A program made the position numbers and the translations under genes. From the NCBI RefSeq assembly GCF_009914755.1, contig NC_060926.1: a stretch of DNA of 64,000 bases; one strand, 5' to 3'. The DNA is from the human T2T-CHM13v2.0 reference genome, Homo sapiens. The notes under the pieces were generated by a model. That model saw only the letters and a list, made by a program, of their open reading frames with translations. It ran no database searches and was not told where the DNA came from. Every line of letters starts with the position of its first letter. Position 1 is the stretch's first letter. Shown one piece after another: positions 12,130 to 25,975 of this stretch.

Positions 12130-12860
12130 AATGACCTTATAAGCTGTGGTAAAGATTTTGAATATTACTCTGGGCAATGGGGAGTGATTAAAATGTTTTA
12201 AGCAGAGAAATGACATCTCAGATTTGCATTTTAGAAGTCCTTGGCTCCAGTGTGGAGAATAGATTGTGAGGGAAGTGGGAGGCAGGGACAGAAAATACAG
12301 AATTGTTTTAGCTAACTGGGAGAAAGGCAACAGGGCCCTGAACTAGGGCAGTGATTCTAGGGATGACTAGAGACTGGGAGAAGATTCTGGAGACAGCTGG
12401 GGAGTAGAACCAATGGGATTGGCAATTGATTACATGTAAGGGGGAGAGAGGGATCAAGAATGGGCTACAGGAGGCTGAGGTGAGAGAATCTCTTGAGCCC
12501 ATGAGTTTGAGGCTGCAGTGAGCTATGATTGCACTGCTGCACTCCAGTCTGAGCGACAGAATGAAGACCCCATATATGGGTTCTGTATTTGACAACTGGC
12601 TTGATGATGAGTCATTCATTGAGATGAGGATCATGGTGAAGTTTGTCTATATCAAGCTGTGATGCCAAGTGGACATGTCTGGTAGGCAACTGGCTACAAA
12701 GAGGGAGGAGTAACAGGCTCAAGGCAGCAGGAAGAGGAGAGATTCGGGGGTGTAGGAGAATGGCCAGACACACTAGAAAACTACTGGGGAGCACCTCCTT
12801 CAGAGCGTGGCCAGACTTCTGTTGAGGCAAGGATGGAAAAGGAACAGTTGCTGAAGCATT
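12130..12860 (-). mobile_element. L2 LINE fragment
   Basis: ttttaagcagagaaatgacat...agatttgcattttagaa purine-rich antisense L2. Confidence 0.7.
12464..12571 (+). mobile_element. Internal AluJ/FRAM fragment without tail
   Basis: gctacaggaggctgagg...gaggctgcagtgagctatgatt...gacccc. Confidence 0.85.
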
Positions 12861-12914
12861 TTACAATAGGGGTGGTTTATTAACCACAAAAGGTTTTGTG
12901 TGGGTTTTTTCCAG

Positions 12915-13075
12915 AGAACCTGTGTGTGTGTCTGTGTCCTCATCTCTTCTTATAAGGACCCCAGTCATATTGGTTTTGGGGTCCACTCTAACAACTTCTT
13001 TTAACTTAAGTACCTCTTTAGAGGCCCTGTCTTCACAGTCACATTCTGAAGTAGTGGGGGTTACCAATTCAAAGT
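12915..13075 (-). mobile_element. MLT1 LTR fragment
   Basis: ctcttcttataaggaccccagtcatattgg...gtcacattctgaagta. Confidence 0.7.
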
Positions 13076-13084
13076 GTGAAATAC

Positions 13085-13240
13085 TTTGGGACAAGCTAAG
13101 CAACTTCTCTGTCCCCAGTTTCTTCAACTGGGGTATAATAATAATCAAATGCCATCCTCCTAGGTTTACCTTGGGGATTAAATGAGGTGATAACATGTGT
13201 GTGTTTAGAATGGTGCCTGGCACCACGTAAGCATGCGGGC
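13085..13240 (+). mobile_element. MIR SINE
   Basis: aacttctctgtccccagtttcttc...ggattaaatgaggtgataa...gtgcctggcac. Confidence 0.75.
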
Positions 13241-13268
13241 CGGCACACTCATTCATTCGTGATTCCAC

Positions 13269-13314
13269 ACATAGTCGTGAAGCTTCTGGACACAGTCGTG
13301 AAGCTCCTGGACAC
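13269..13314 (+). repeat. 21-bp tandem duplication
   Basis: acatagtcgtgaagcttctgg / acacagtcgtgaagctcctgg. Confidence 0.9.
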
Positions 13315-13434
13315 GTGTAATCTGCCCTGGAGAATACAAAGGTGAGGTTCAAAATCAAGCAATACTTTAAAAACCAAAGACATCCATGGTGTTGCTAATT
13401 GCTGGGTGAGTTGTATTACACTTTACTCAATTAG

Positions 13435-14030
13435 ATTTTTAGAACAGCTTCATTAAGGTATAACTTACATAACTTTTTAAAATCTACAGTTCAATGACTT
13501 TTAGGAAATGTAAATGGTTACAGTTGTGTAACCATCATCACAACCCACTGTTAGAAGACTTCCATCACCTCTCAAAATTGCAGTCAATCTCCACTCCCAT
13601 CCCCATCCAGGCAACCATGGATCTATGGCTTTCTGCTGCCATAGTTTTGCCTTTTCTAGAATTTCACTGAAATGAAATAATACAACATGTAGTCTGGCCT
13701 GTCTGGCTTCTTTCCCTTAACACAATGTTTTAGCACGTTGTTGCATGTATTAGTAGTTTGTTCCTTTTTAATTGTTGAGCAATTTCCATCGTAGGGATGT
13801 ACCCCATTTTGTTTATCCATTCATCAGTATATCTACATTTGTGTTATTTCTGCTTTTTGGCTCCTATGAATGACATTGCTATGAACATCCATGTTGAAAC
13901 CTTTTTGTGGATGTATGTTTTCATTTCTCTTGGATAGATACCTAGGAGCGAAATTACTGGGTTATATCACAAGTATGTACATAACTTTTTAATGAACTGC
14001 CAAACTGTTTTCAAAAGTGACTATGCCAAC
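13435..14030 (-). mobile_element. L1MB-like LINE-1 3' end
   Basis: gtttatccattcatcag...gctatgaacat...atacctaggag...aactgccaaactgtttt. Confidence 0.8.
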
Positions 14031-14480
14031 CCAGCTGGATTTTTAATTCCTTCCAGATATGAAGTGTGCCATGGGTCTTATTTTACGATCAGCTCCCTCA
14101 CTGCCATTACTCACTCCTGCCTCCCTACAGAGCCCAAGGCCATGCGGTAGGTTTGGAGAAACTCACATTCCTACCAACCAGCTGGATTAACACACTCCCT
14201 AGAAACATGTAGCTTGTTTCCTGGGCTGAGCAAGTGTGGTCCTGTCAGAGATGTTTGTGCTCTACAAGAGCATGTGTCGAAGTAATTGATTTAGTGTCTG
14301 ATGCACTCTCCCTGAAGAGTGGCTGAATTACAAGCTCTCCAAATCCAACTGATCCCTCACATGACTCGTTGGGGACCACAAGGAGGACAGTGGGGCTGGG
14401 AGGCTCATTGGGAGTGTTCACTTCTTTCTTTTGCTCCACTATGATAGGAGATTCTGCAACTTTTTTGCAGTTACATCTAT

Positions 14481-14939
14481 TGTTAAAGAAAAAATTATTC
14501 AATGACACTTGTGAAAGCACATAAGGAGCCCTCAAGATAGGCATTGGGACCACGGCAATGGGGTTTTGCAGATGGGGAGAGATTAGGTTCAACTCTGAAC
14601 ATGACATATGCAAGTGGGAATTTACAGCCAAGGAGCACGGTGGGGGCAGTGGATGGAAACCACTAAGGGAAATCCTCAGGGTTAAAAGGGATTCTGGCTA
14701 AACCAACCTACCAGGATTCTAGCTGAAAACAGGCCAGGGTGATCAGACAGCACCCGGGGGGGTGGAGGATGAGAAACCTGATTAGATATCAAGGGCGATC
14801 AGGTATTGAAGGTGTAGCATTTTTGCCAACTGATTTAGTGGGTTCTCTGCTCAAACTGGGTTTTACAAGAAAGTGCTCAGATGGGCCTAGAGGTTTTAGA
14901 AGGCTGACTAGTGTTCAGTCAAGCAGAGAGTCTTTGCCA
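14481..14939 (-). mobile_element. MER31-like ERV1 solo LTR
   Basis: TG...CA termini, TSD CTAT (14477-14480, 14940-14943); ...caagcagagagtctttgcca end matches recalled MER31. Confidence 0.85.
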
Positions 14940-16820
14940 CTATCGGCTTGAAAATGGTGAGACCCAAAACACAGAAACATGGCACACGTGGTGGGAGTTA
15001 TGAGCTCAGAAGGCCAAAGGGAATCCTTCTGGGTGCCCCCAGGAGTCTAGACCCAGAGGACTAGAGTCTGCACCAAGAAAGCCTTTTGCTTGTGTTGCCT
15101 TTAGAGAAGAGGAGACCAGCTGGGCAGCACCGCCCCTCCTGGGTTACGTGCAGCTGAGACACTTGTATCCCGGCAGTGAGCCCCGGCCATCTTGATGGCC
15201 GATTCCTTGTTCCAGACCGGGGCCTGTTCTCTTGGGATTGTTCTTGCAGGACCCAATATGCACAGTGAAGGAAAAAGTAAGTGTGGAGGAGTGACTGCAA
15301 AACCCGCCAGGTCTGATGGGGAGCATGACCCAGAAGCTGAGCCTCAAGGCTCCCAGCACTGTTGTTTCCGGAGTTCCTCTGATGTCCCTGAGCTCCTGGC
15401 TCCCCATCTGAAAATGAGGGCGAACATTCCCCTTTCTGCCTCACAGTGTGAAGGTCAGTCACATGGTGTGTGAAAAACCCTTGTCACCTGTAAAGGGGCT
15501 CTCAGTGGAAGTGACCTGTGCATTCCTGCAGCCAGAATCAAGCCCGGCACTCCTCAAACCTGCCAGATGATAAGAACCCCTTGGACAGATGCTCACATGA
15601 CCAGCCTCATCCTTGGAAATGCTCATCAGTGGTTGTGGGTTGAGGCATGGGAATCAGTGCTGAGTAAGTTCCCTAGGGTAATTCTTCTCCTCGGTGGCTG
15701 GGGAAACATGGACTATCTGATCGGGTGGTTCTCAGGCTTGTCTGCGATGACCTGGGGGAAGATAACAAAGAGAAAGACTCCATTTTTTATGTTTGACCAC
15801 TGATGGCTTTCAATCCGTTATCTTTCCCTCCCGCTGGAACCACATCCAGGCAAGTTGATGAGAACATTGATGCCTTCTCCCTGGGTGCCTGAGTGCCCGT
15901 GGGGAGTTCAAATCCTGGCCTCTGTGCAGGAACCCTCAACCTGGCTGGCTCACTTTTAACCACAGTAAGAACCAATGCTACTGCCATTGCACCTACTTTA
16001 TTTTCTCAAGCCCCCTGGACTGTATGGAGCCCAACTTGATCTCCCAAGAAAGTCACATTATGTGACCCTTTTCACAACCTAACAATGGAAGGGACCAGTC
16101 TGGGCAGCCTAACCAATTTTGGATGGCGGTTAATCCCACCCTCCATGGGGCACCTGCATGACAGGGGGCTTCAAAGGTCAATGCCTGGCCTGCAGAGTCA
16201 GATGTGAGCATCTGGGAGGCAGCCTGGCCATCAGTTTAAAGGTTCCTGGGTGATCCCTGGTGATTGCTGGGTGCAGTGGGGACTGAGGACGTGGGTCTCA
16301 TTCTCCTCACGTCCCATCCAGTTGACTGTAGCTTTCTCTTAGCTGGCCTTGCCTCAGCCTGGTGAGAGCAAAGTCTGTGCATTTTTTGTTACCTTTCTAT
16401 TCCCGGATCTTAGCTGAAATGCAGGCGCTGCTTAATTGACAGAAAGAAATGAAAAGGAATTGAATGCTTAGAAACAGTGATCGCATATCAGCCAAGTATA
16501 CAACAAGAGTCAGGCCTCCCCCACTTTGACACTTTCTCCTCTCTATTGCTATTCATTTTGGGGACCTTTGGGGTAAAACTGCATGTTAAAATGTAAGGAA
16601 TAAGACTCCAGCTGAGGAATAGGATTTTCACACCTAGAGTTTTTAAAAAATGCAACAGAGTCCGGTATCAAACTCTAAACAGAAACTGGATCGGGGATTC
16701 TTTAGAAGGGATTCCTAAAATGGGTGGCCCCAAGCCTAAACGACTTCAGTGGAATCTTCCAGTCTTGCATTCACCGTTACCAGCTGTTTGTAATGGGAGA
16801 GATTCAGTGACTCTTATCGG

Positions 16821-16836
16821 GCACTAGATGGCGATC
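16821..16836 (+). promoter_or_regulatory. CTCF-like motif
   Basis: GCACTAGATGGCGATC versus core CCACYAGRKGGCRC; motif match only. Confidence 0.35.
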
Positions 16837-17309
16837 AGGCATCAATAAGGCCCAACAACCGCCTCGGACCTGGGACCTGGGATTGGCTCCTCCAACCCTG
16901 GCCGCCACCCTGGGAAGTGGCCATTGTCATCTTGATTGTCTGTGGGAGACCAGTGAGGCTGGCGGTGGGGATTAGAACTTCACCCAAGGATCACACCCTC
17001 CTTCAACCCTTCCTGTGCAGCAGGTTTTACATTCATGTGCAGTGACCGCAGCCGAGGATGTGGGGCACAGCCCGTGAGAGAGACCAGGAGGTCAGCAGTG
17101 GTGGGAGTGTTGTGTGCAGTGCAGCCAGGGACCACGGAACGGGTCTCTGTGGCCGCTGGACCCTGCCCCACGGGCCTCAGGGAGGAAGAGCTCTTGAAGG
17201 CCGAGAAGGGGCTGTGCTCTAAGCCTGCTGCCCAGGCCTACCCTGCAGCCCCCAGGATGGTTTTCAGGATGCCTCTAATAACACCCATGTCACTCTTACC
17301 ACTGGCCAA

Positions 17310-17448
17310 GCACCATTTTGAGCACTTTCCACAGATCAATGTATTTAATCCTCACACAAGCACAATGGGCTGGGTACTACCATCATTGTCATTCTATAGA
17401 TGAGGAAACTGAGGCACAAGGAAATTACAAAGTTTGTTCAAAGTCATT
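17310..17448 (-). mobile_element. MIR SINE (resumes about 18059-18092)
   Basis: tttaatcctcac...tatagatgaggaaactgaggcaca. Confidence 0.8.
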
Positions 17449-18058
17449 TGTAGACCAAAAAAGAAAAGAAAGAAAAATTCTGAGCCCTTCAACCATCTAA
17501 ATGGACCCCTCCTCTCTGCAAGGACATTCCAAAGCTAACCTGAAAAACTAGTTCAGGCCATGATGGGAGGCAGGGGTCAGAGGTCAGACATGCCTCATTA
17601 TGCCCTCCTCCCTTTTGGAATTACTGATAGAACATTTACAGTGTATTCTCTCTGAAGCCTGCCACCTGGAGGTTTCACATGCATGATTAAATCTTGGTCT
17701 TCACAACCCTTTATCTTAACCCAGACATTCCTAAGTCCTCTGACAATAACTTAACTCTTTCAACCAATTGCCAGTCAGAAAATCTTTGAATCTGCTGATG
17801 ATCTGGAATCCTCCTCCACTCCAAGCCCTGCAGCTTCCAGTTGACCCACCTTTCCGGACAGAACCAATGTTCATCTTACATGAATTTGATTGATGCCTAT
17901 GTCTACCTAAAATGTATAAAACTAAACTGTCCCTGATCACGTTGGGCACATGTTCTCAGGATCTCCTGAGGGCTGTGTCATGGGCCATTGGTCACTCATA
18001 TTTGGCTCAGAATAAATCTCTTCAAAGATTTTACAGAACTTGACTCTTTTCATCAACA
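17449..18058 (+). mobile_element. MER4-group ERV1 solo LTR
   Basis: TG...CA termini, TSD CATT; ggtcactcatatttggctcagaataaatctcttcaaa 3' end. Confidence 0.88.
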
Positions 18059-18095
18059 CATTCAACAAGTAGGTGACAGAGATGGGATTATGCTA

Positions 18096-18381
18096 TTTTT
18101 TGAGACAGTTTCACTCTGCCACCTAGGCCGGAGTGCAGTGGCGCAATCTCGGCTCACTGCAACCCCACCTCCAGGGTTCAAACAATTCTCCTGTCTCAGC
18201 CTCCCAAGTAGCTGGGATTACAGGTGCACGCCACAAAGCCCGGCTAATTTTTGTTTTTTTTAGTAGAGATGGATTTTCCCCATGTTGGCCAGGCTGGTCT
18301 TGAACTCCTGATCTCAGGTGATCCGCCTGCCTCAGCCTCCCAAAGTGCTGAGATTACAGGCGTGAGCCACCGTGCCCAGCT
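18096..18381 (-). mobile_element. Alu (AluS-type)
   Basis: Antisense Alu dimer. Confidence 0.92.
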
Positions 18382-19570
18382 GAAAAATGTTTTAGATAAA
18401 TTTTGTTCAATTGAAAAAAAAAAAACAAAAAAAACAACTTATTACCTCTTCAGACCTCCTTGAGATGAAGCAACTGACTCCCTCTCACAGGAAATTTCTA
18501 TGACAGTCAACAAAAGCTGTCAAATTGCCTGCCTTTGTTCTTTGAGAAATTAGAACAGCCTCCAATGCCTGCAGGTTACATTTCCAACCAGTGACTCATT
18601 TCATTGAGATGGGTTCTTTTTCCTGCAACGATAGCAAGTTTGTTATACTAGTTGGGTCTTGGTGAGAACACTGACTAGGAACCAAAAAGAATTCCACAGC
18701 CCAGGACAATTAGGTCAAGCCATGAAAGCCCTTTAATTCTGGTAAAACCCCCTCAAAGGGGCATGTGAACGTAAGTCTTCACAGCCCTCTGGCGCCAGCA
18801 CAATGGCAAAATCACTCCACCCAGAAGCACTTGGCCCCCAGCTGGGACGTTCTGGGTTCAGCCTGGCTCCTTGTCCCAAAGGTCCCTGGTTGGCACAGTG
18901 GGGCTCTGCACCATCTATCTGGTCCTCTCCAGGGATGGCAGGCATGAGGCGGCATGGGCAGCCTCCTGTGCCGGGAGACTCTGGCTTGCAAGTAGAAATT
19001 AAATTCATGTCTTTTGCTGTTGGTGTTATTTGGATACAAAATATCGTCTCTTTCAAATTAAGTTTTAAAGCATCGAATTTTAAACTACTGGCAAGATAGT
19101 GTGAAAACTACAGTGATTAGAAGGGCTTGGAACTATTCTCAGATTTTAGCTAAAATGTCACTTTCTTAGGGAAGCCTTTTGTGGCCATGCCTTCCCGATC
19201 CCTCCGTCATTCAGTCAAGACCTTCTGAAATGCCCTCCAGCACCACCGTCCTTCCTTCATCGTAACATCTTAATTAGTAATTATATACTAATATATGTGA
19301 TTATTTGATGTGTGGCTGTCCCCAACTCCTTCCCCCAACCTCAAATACACTAAGCTCCATGCTTGTGTTTTTAACAACCAGAGTGGTCAGGATATGCCTC
19401 AAAACATCAAGCATGTGAATTACTTAAAAAAAAATGAAAATAAATGAGACGTTCAATTAAAAAAGGGGAAAATTAAGGAAAAAGTGAGGTCCTGTCACAT
19501 GTTAGCCTGATTAATTAACTACAGGATGGCATGTACACCCAATGGCCTATTTTATCTAAAACATTTTTCA

Positions 19571-19624
19571 GCTGGGCACGGTGGCTCACGCCTGTAATCT
19601 CAGCACTTTGGGAGGCTGAGGCAG
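19571..19624 (+). mobile_element. Alu 5' fragment only
   Basis: gctgggcacggtggctcacgcctgtaatctcagcactttgggaggctgaggcag then unrelated sequence. Confidence 0.88.
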
Positions 19625-19819
19625 TCATTAAAATTCGGAAGTATCGGTTGACTAAGAAAGATGTTCATAAGACGCCTTGTGAAATAAGCAGTTTTATAAA
19701 GCAGTCAATGATTCCATGAAAAATACAGAAATGTGCATAAGAAAGAAACAGTTGGAAGTAAAAACTGTTAATGTCAGGAGCAATGACTTCTGAAGGGGAG
19801 CAGCTGAGGCAGAAACTCC

Positions 19820-20110
19820 CAACTGAGTGTCCCGCCATTTCCTCCTCTCCCTGAGCCCCAGCCAGGTCACATTTCCCAGCCTCGCTTGCAGGTAGGTGTG
19901 GTCATAGCTGCACCTTGTCAATGGCTTCTGGGCAGAGCTAATGTAGACCATCTCCAGGCTTGACCTGCTGACACTCCCCATGTCCCAACCTCTATATTCT
20001 TTGGCCGTCTGCCGGCTGGAGGTTAATGTCCAAGAAGACCTTGACTTTGGAAGCCACATGGTGAAGGTGGCATAGCTGCCAGCATCCTGAATCCCTGGGC
20101 AATGGCGTGA
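19820..20110 (+). mobile_element. Old MLT1 LTR fragment
   Basis: acatttcccagcctcgcttgcag...ggaagccacatggtgaaggtggca. Confidence 0.55.
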
Positions 20111-20915
20111 AGCAGGGCTTTGCATGGCACCAAAACGTACACCAGCCTAAACTTGCACCGGATTGGGGCCGGGGCGGTATCTAAGAGGCCATGGTAAAGC
20201 AGGGTGAAGCTGAGGATGGAGTTAGACGGAGAGGCAGGGGTCTGGCAGTTACTGGGAAGGTGTTTCAAAGACTCATCTTTTCAGGCCTCTCCCAGGGCAG
20301 TGCTGTGACAGGGGCCTCACTCCTTCATGTACAGGATCTGATTGTATCTGGGCTCTGTCAAGCCCCATCTGCCTTTTCCACCAGACAGCAAGCTCCCTTC
20401 CCACAATCTCGGGTGGACTCCACAACCTTCTAGGCATGTCCAGTTACTAAAGCAGAGTCTCATTTTGTTACAATTCAATCTTGTTCAATTTAAAAGTTTC
20501 AGTCTCATATTTGATCTAAAGCTCTCTGGGCTGGCCACGCTTGTGGCTGTCATGGTGTGGAATGAAGGGTGCTGTGTCTGGCCTCCTTCTTCCTGGCCTG
20601 AGGCTGGGGCATTAAAGAAGGAAAGAGGAAAATCTATCCCCTTCTCTATGTGGCAATTGACTATCCCCTTTGGGTTGAGGGGAACCATTGCTCCCTTCCA
20701 TGGCAATCCCCCCTCGGTGGCGACAAGGTGCTGTTCTTGTGACCGAGGTGGATTTTCTGTCCGCACAAAGCAGCCATGCATTTCCTTTTGCAGCAGGCAT
20801 CCTGCTCGGGCTCTTATGTGGGAACAGTGTGTGGGCATGGGAGCTCTGGCCAATTAAGGCCACTCTACCCGGGATAACAATGGGTCTTTTCTACCCTGGC
20901 ACTCTCTCCCTTAGT

Positions 20916-21120
20916 CAGTGGTATGCGGGAGCCAGCTTGGACCAGCTCATAGGAGCTGATGATTAGATTTTTAGGAATTTTGTGAGCAGATTGATGTTTC
21001 CTTGGTAGTTTGAAATATGTCCTGCTGGGAGTATTTACACCACAGGAATTGGCAAGAGCTGTACACCAGGATTGTTGTCTTCTACCCAGAGAACTGGTTA
21101 TTAAAAATGTATTAGCACAG
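20916..21120 (+). mobile_element. MER63A-like hAT DNA transposon relic
   Basis: cagtggtatgcgggagccagc...gggagtatttacaccacagg. Confidence 0.7.
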
Positions 21121-22291
21121 AAAAGTCAGTGGACTTTTTCTGTGGGGTGAGTGGCTCGGCTACTTTCAAACAAGAAACAACCACTACTGTCGAAGAAAGA
21201 GGGTATTACTTGGTATCTGGAACCAAAAGTTGAGTATATTGCCCTGTAAGCAAGGGAGGTCTATGCAGTTGGACACGTGAGTCTCTAAAGAAACAAACTG
21301 CTGACTTATATAGGGTTTGAGAACTATGATCTTCAGGGATTGGAGGACTTTTGGAGGCAAGGTGAGTTGTCCTGTAGCTGTGAAATTGTGGCTACTGGGA
21401 TTTAACTGTTACTGATTGGCTGGTTTTTAGAGGTGCAGCTACTGATGTGAAGATGCTGTTGATTGATTGGAATGGCTTTAAAACTGATCATGGCGGTTAC
21501 TTGTTGCTACCACCAAAGAACAATCTGTTCTTCCCTTCCTTGAATTTGGAGTATAGGAAGTCACCATTCTCTGACTTAGCGATGGTATCCTGGATCTTAA
21601 AGGAAAGGACGTTTAAGTGGAGGTCCCATGGAGAGATGAGGGGGAATGTATGGATTTTGGTTCTTTAAACTCAGTGTCGGCTGCACAAAAAGCAATCAGC
21701 CTTTGCTCTTCTAGAGCTTCTCTCAATGTCCAAAGCCTCTAACCAGTTTGGCTTCTCTTTTCCATGGGACACAGGGAGTCCCGCCCTTGCTGAGAATCAG
21801 GTCTTCTCTGACAGTAGTGCTGGGGAGTGGTGGCCATTTGTAGGAGTGTCCATCTTCAGGGAAGATGCTGCATCATCCAGTAACTCTTGCAGGACAAGGA
21901 AAGATCTCACCAGTATATCACACCATCCTGTGTAATTCACATAATGGTTCTCTCTATGGTTCTCATTCCCCAGCTGTCATTCATAGAACATTCGTCTATG
22001 TATAGAGCTGAAAATGGTCATCTCTTTTAAGTTCTCACCTGTCACTCTGGGGCAACATCAATTACTTGATCAAATTAAGAATATAGAGCTTACTTAAAGC
22101 TACATGCATTTCCTTGGAAGCTTAAAAGGACCAAAAGTAAATACAACTGTGATCCATTATGTAGATTCAACCATCTTATAAAAGATCACATACAGCCAGT
22201 GTTTACCTAAGGGCAGCAAAAACAGCAATACTGCAATTAATTATTTAGGCAACAGCATCTCTGAGAGTTGCTTAAGTGATATTTATGATAT

Positions 22292-22305
22292 TTTGCCATG
22301 GCAAC
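22292..22305. promoter_or_regulatory. RFX X-box motif
   Basis: TTTGCCATGGCAAC, 13/14 to GTTGCCATGGCAAC. Confidence 0.45.
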
Positions 22306-22568
22306 TATTCTTGTTTTGAATATTATTAAAAATCTATCAAACTGCAGTAGTAATGTACTTGTGGTTTAAAAATTGCATTGAGCTAGCATCCCCAGATACA
22401 GTCTCTCCCAATGAACTACTCAATTTCCTGTCGAAGATGAAGAAGTTATGAGTATGGCAGTTTACTCATGGGCTGGCTGGATGTGGAGTCCCTCGAGCAG
22501 AAGGATCACACCACCAGAAAGGACAGCTCTACAGCCCAGGAATAGATGAAATGCAATTTCCTACACAG

Positions 22569-23062
22569 TGTGTTAGTTTCCTATTGCTTCTATAAGAAAT
22601 TATCACAAATTCTGTGAATTAAGACAACAACGTTTATTATATTATAGTCATGAAGGGCAAAAGTCTAAAATAGGATATCAGTGCTATATTCCTTCAGGAG
22701 GCTCTAGAGGAGAATCCACTTCCCTGCCTTTCCAGCTTCCAGAGGCCACTTGCATTCTTAGGCAGAAGAGCCCTTCCTGCATCTTCAAAGCCAGTACCAT
22801 TGCATCTTCAAATTCCCTCCTGCCCCTCACCTCTGTGTCTGATTTTCACATCTCCTCTTCTGACTCTGACCTTCCCACCTCTCTCTTATAAGGACTTTGT
22901 GATCACATGAGCCCACCCCAATAACACACGTTAATTTCTTCATCTCAAGATCCTTAATCACTATGAACAAAGTTCCTTGTTTGCCACGTAAGGTAGCACA
23001 TTCACAAGCTTTAGAGATCAGGATGTAAACGTCTTTGGGGAGCCATTAGTCAGCCCACTTTA
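22569..23062 (-). mobile_element. MLT1D-like MaLR LTR
   Basis: tgtgttagtttcctattgct...ggaggctctagaggagaatcc...tttggggagccatta; possible TSD CACAG. Confidence 0.8.
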
Positions 23063-23319
23063 CACAGGTTCACATGTTATGTTCTGGGAAACATCAGGAC
23101 CTCCTGGGAACTGGGATCTGTGAAGATCAGCCCTGAATTCACATGATAAGTGGGGGATAGAGCAGGTATAATGTGGCCCCCATAGCCTGCATGAGCCTTG
23201 AAGTTTTCATTGCAGGGAAGAAGAGATTTTAGAAACTTGGCTTGTCTAGCACTGACAATTCCTGACCTACAGGATGGCTTGGATGGACTATAGTTGTGAG
23301 ATGTGACACATAGAGACAT

Positions 23320-23712
23320 CGTTATGACTCAGTGGTATCCCCCTCAAACTCATATATTGAAGCCCTAACCCCCAATGTGACTGTATTTCGAATAAGGGAG
23401 TAATTAAGGTTAAATGAGGTCATAAGGTTGGGGTCCTGATCCAATGGGATTAATGTCCTTGTAAGAGACACCAGAAAGCTCCCTCTCCTTCTCTTCTGCC
23501 TGTGCACAAAGAAAATGTCATGAGGGCATGTGGGCACATGGTGAGAAGGCGGCCGTCTGCAGTCTAAGAGGAGAGCCCTCACCAGACACCAACACTGCCA
23601 ACGCCTTGATCTTGGACTTACAGCCTCCAGAGCTGTGAGAAGATAAACTTCTGTTGTTTAGGCCACCTAGTCTCTGTGGTATTTTGTTAGGGCAGCCTAG
23701 CTGACTAAGACA
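23320..23712 (+). mobile_element. MLT1A-like MaLR LTR
   Basis: ttgaagccctaacccccaatgtg...cagcctccagagctgtgaga...gactaagaca. Confidence 0.85.
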
Positions 23713-25382
23713 AATAAATGCCTTTTTGGAATGTTTAGGAAAGTTGGAGTGCTTTGTAGTGCCTATCAGCTTGGAGAATGCTCCTGCCATGTTCTAGGAG
23801 CTGGGTGGGTTACAATAATACTCTTGTTTATTTTCCTAGCCTCTCCACAGTTACACCTTTATTTCACTTCCAGGAAAAAAAACAAAAAGTACCTCTTTGC
23901 TGTGATCCATGCAGCCTGGGCATTTGTGTGATGCCAGACTAGGTCTCAGGCACGTGGTCACAGGCCACTCACACCATAAAAACATCCAAAAATTGCAGGG
24001 GTTTTCCAACTCCTATACGTCTTTACATTCCCCTGTCCCAACATCTCAGTTTGGCCAATTTGTTTTCTTCAAAAAGGAAGAAGGGGCTTGCTGGGTCTGT
24101 TGGCATTAACATCTTCTGAAGAGCTAAAGAAGCCCTTTACCTGGGTTCTGGCTTAGTCTGACTGTGCATTATCTAAACAGGCATTTGAGCTAAACTTGTA
24201 TCAGGTGAGCTGTACACAAAGAGAGACAGAAAGAATAAAACTCAAAACCATCACCAACCGATTGCCATAGCTTCCATCATCTCCCTCCAAGGCCCATCTT
24301 AACAGGCCTCCGGATAAGCTCTCTGTTCTATTCTCATTCACCACATTAAGTCTATTCTCTACCCTGTCCCAGAATATTCTTTCCCAGATGTAAACTAATT
24401 CTCTTTTCCTCCTCCTTAAGATCCTTTAATGGCTCTAGTTTGCCCCAAGGATAAAGTTCATGCTCCTTTACTTGGTGGCATCAAAAGCCCTCCCTGAGCA
24501 CTTTTCTGCCTTTGAGTCCTGACTCCCCTTCTCGTACTCCTTACTTAGCCCTGTCCATGTCCCTGTTTCCTTGTAGGCACTCTCTCCTCCCTGTGACATG
24601 CTCTCGCCCACCCCTCCGCATCCTGGAAGAACCCATATCCCACCACGGAATTTCTCTTGCTTGGGCCCAATTTTGCCCAGGCCCTGTCAAACAGGAGCCA
24701 TTGTCGTGGTAAAAGCAAGAGCTCAAGTAGATTCTTGATCCAATTAATAAACCCTCTGTCTCAGCAAAGTTTCACATAAAATTTATGTAATTGTTCCATG
24801 CAAGATAAAGCACTATTTGTGACCTCTTGCTAATCATTTCCACCTCTGATTTCCTATTTTGATTTCAAATGCATAAGTGAGTTTAATGAAGGGCTTGCAT
24901 GATGACCCACTGCTGGGGCACAGACACCTGGAGGTGACATTGTTCAGACTACGAACAGTTATCTGAGACTTATGTGGCTGATTTTTAAATTGGTGTTTAT
25001 CAAAGCATTTCTAAATTATCTCACTCCTCAAAGATTCTCTAAGGAGGCTGGGTTGTAAAATGGCCAAGCTCTTTTATTTCAGTGGTCTAGCTTTAGGCCA
25101 TAATAAAATGTGAGCTGGTGTTTAAAGAGACTCGTGAGGAATATAGGGATGGAAAATGAGTTTCATCATAAAACTGTTCAGTCATTCTCTGTGGTCCTAT
25201 GATCATCGGGGCCAACTTTTCCATCAGGACAGGAGGCTCATGGCTGAAAGGCCATGATACTTTTAGGAGCCCACAAAAATGTTTCAATTTCTTCTAAAAC
25301 CAGAAGAAAAAAATGAACTTTTAGGGTGAAAAATGTTTCAATTTTTTTCTCTCATCAAAAATAAATGATAAATGTTAGAAAC

Positions 25383-25906
<524 letters not shown>

Positions 25907-25975
25907 GGGTCTACAAAAATCTATTATTATGAGAGGGACCCACAAAGGCAAAAGGACTCACAAAAATCATAGTAT

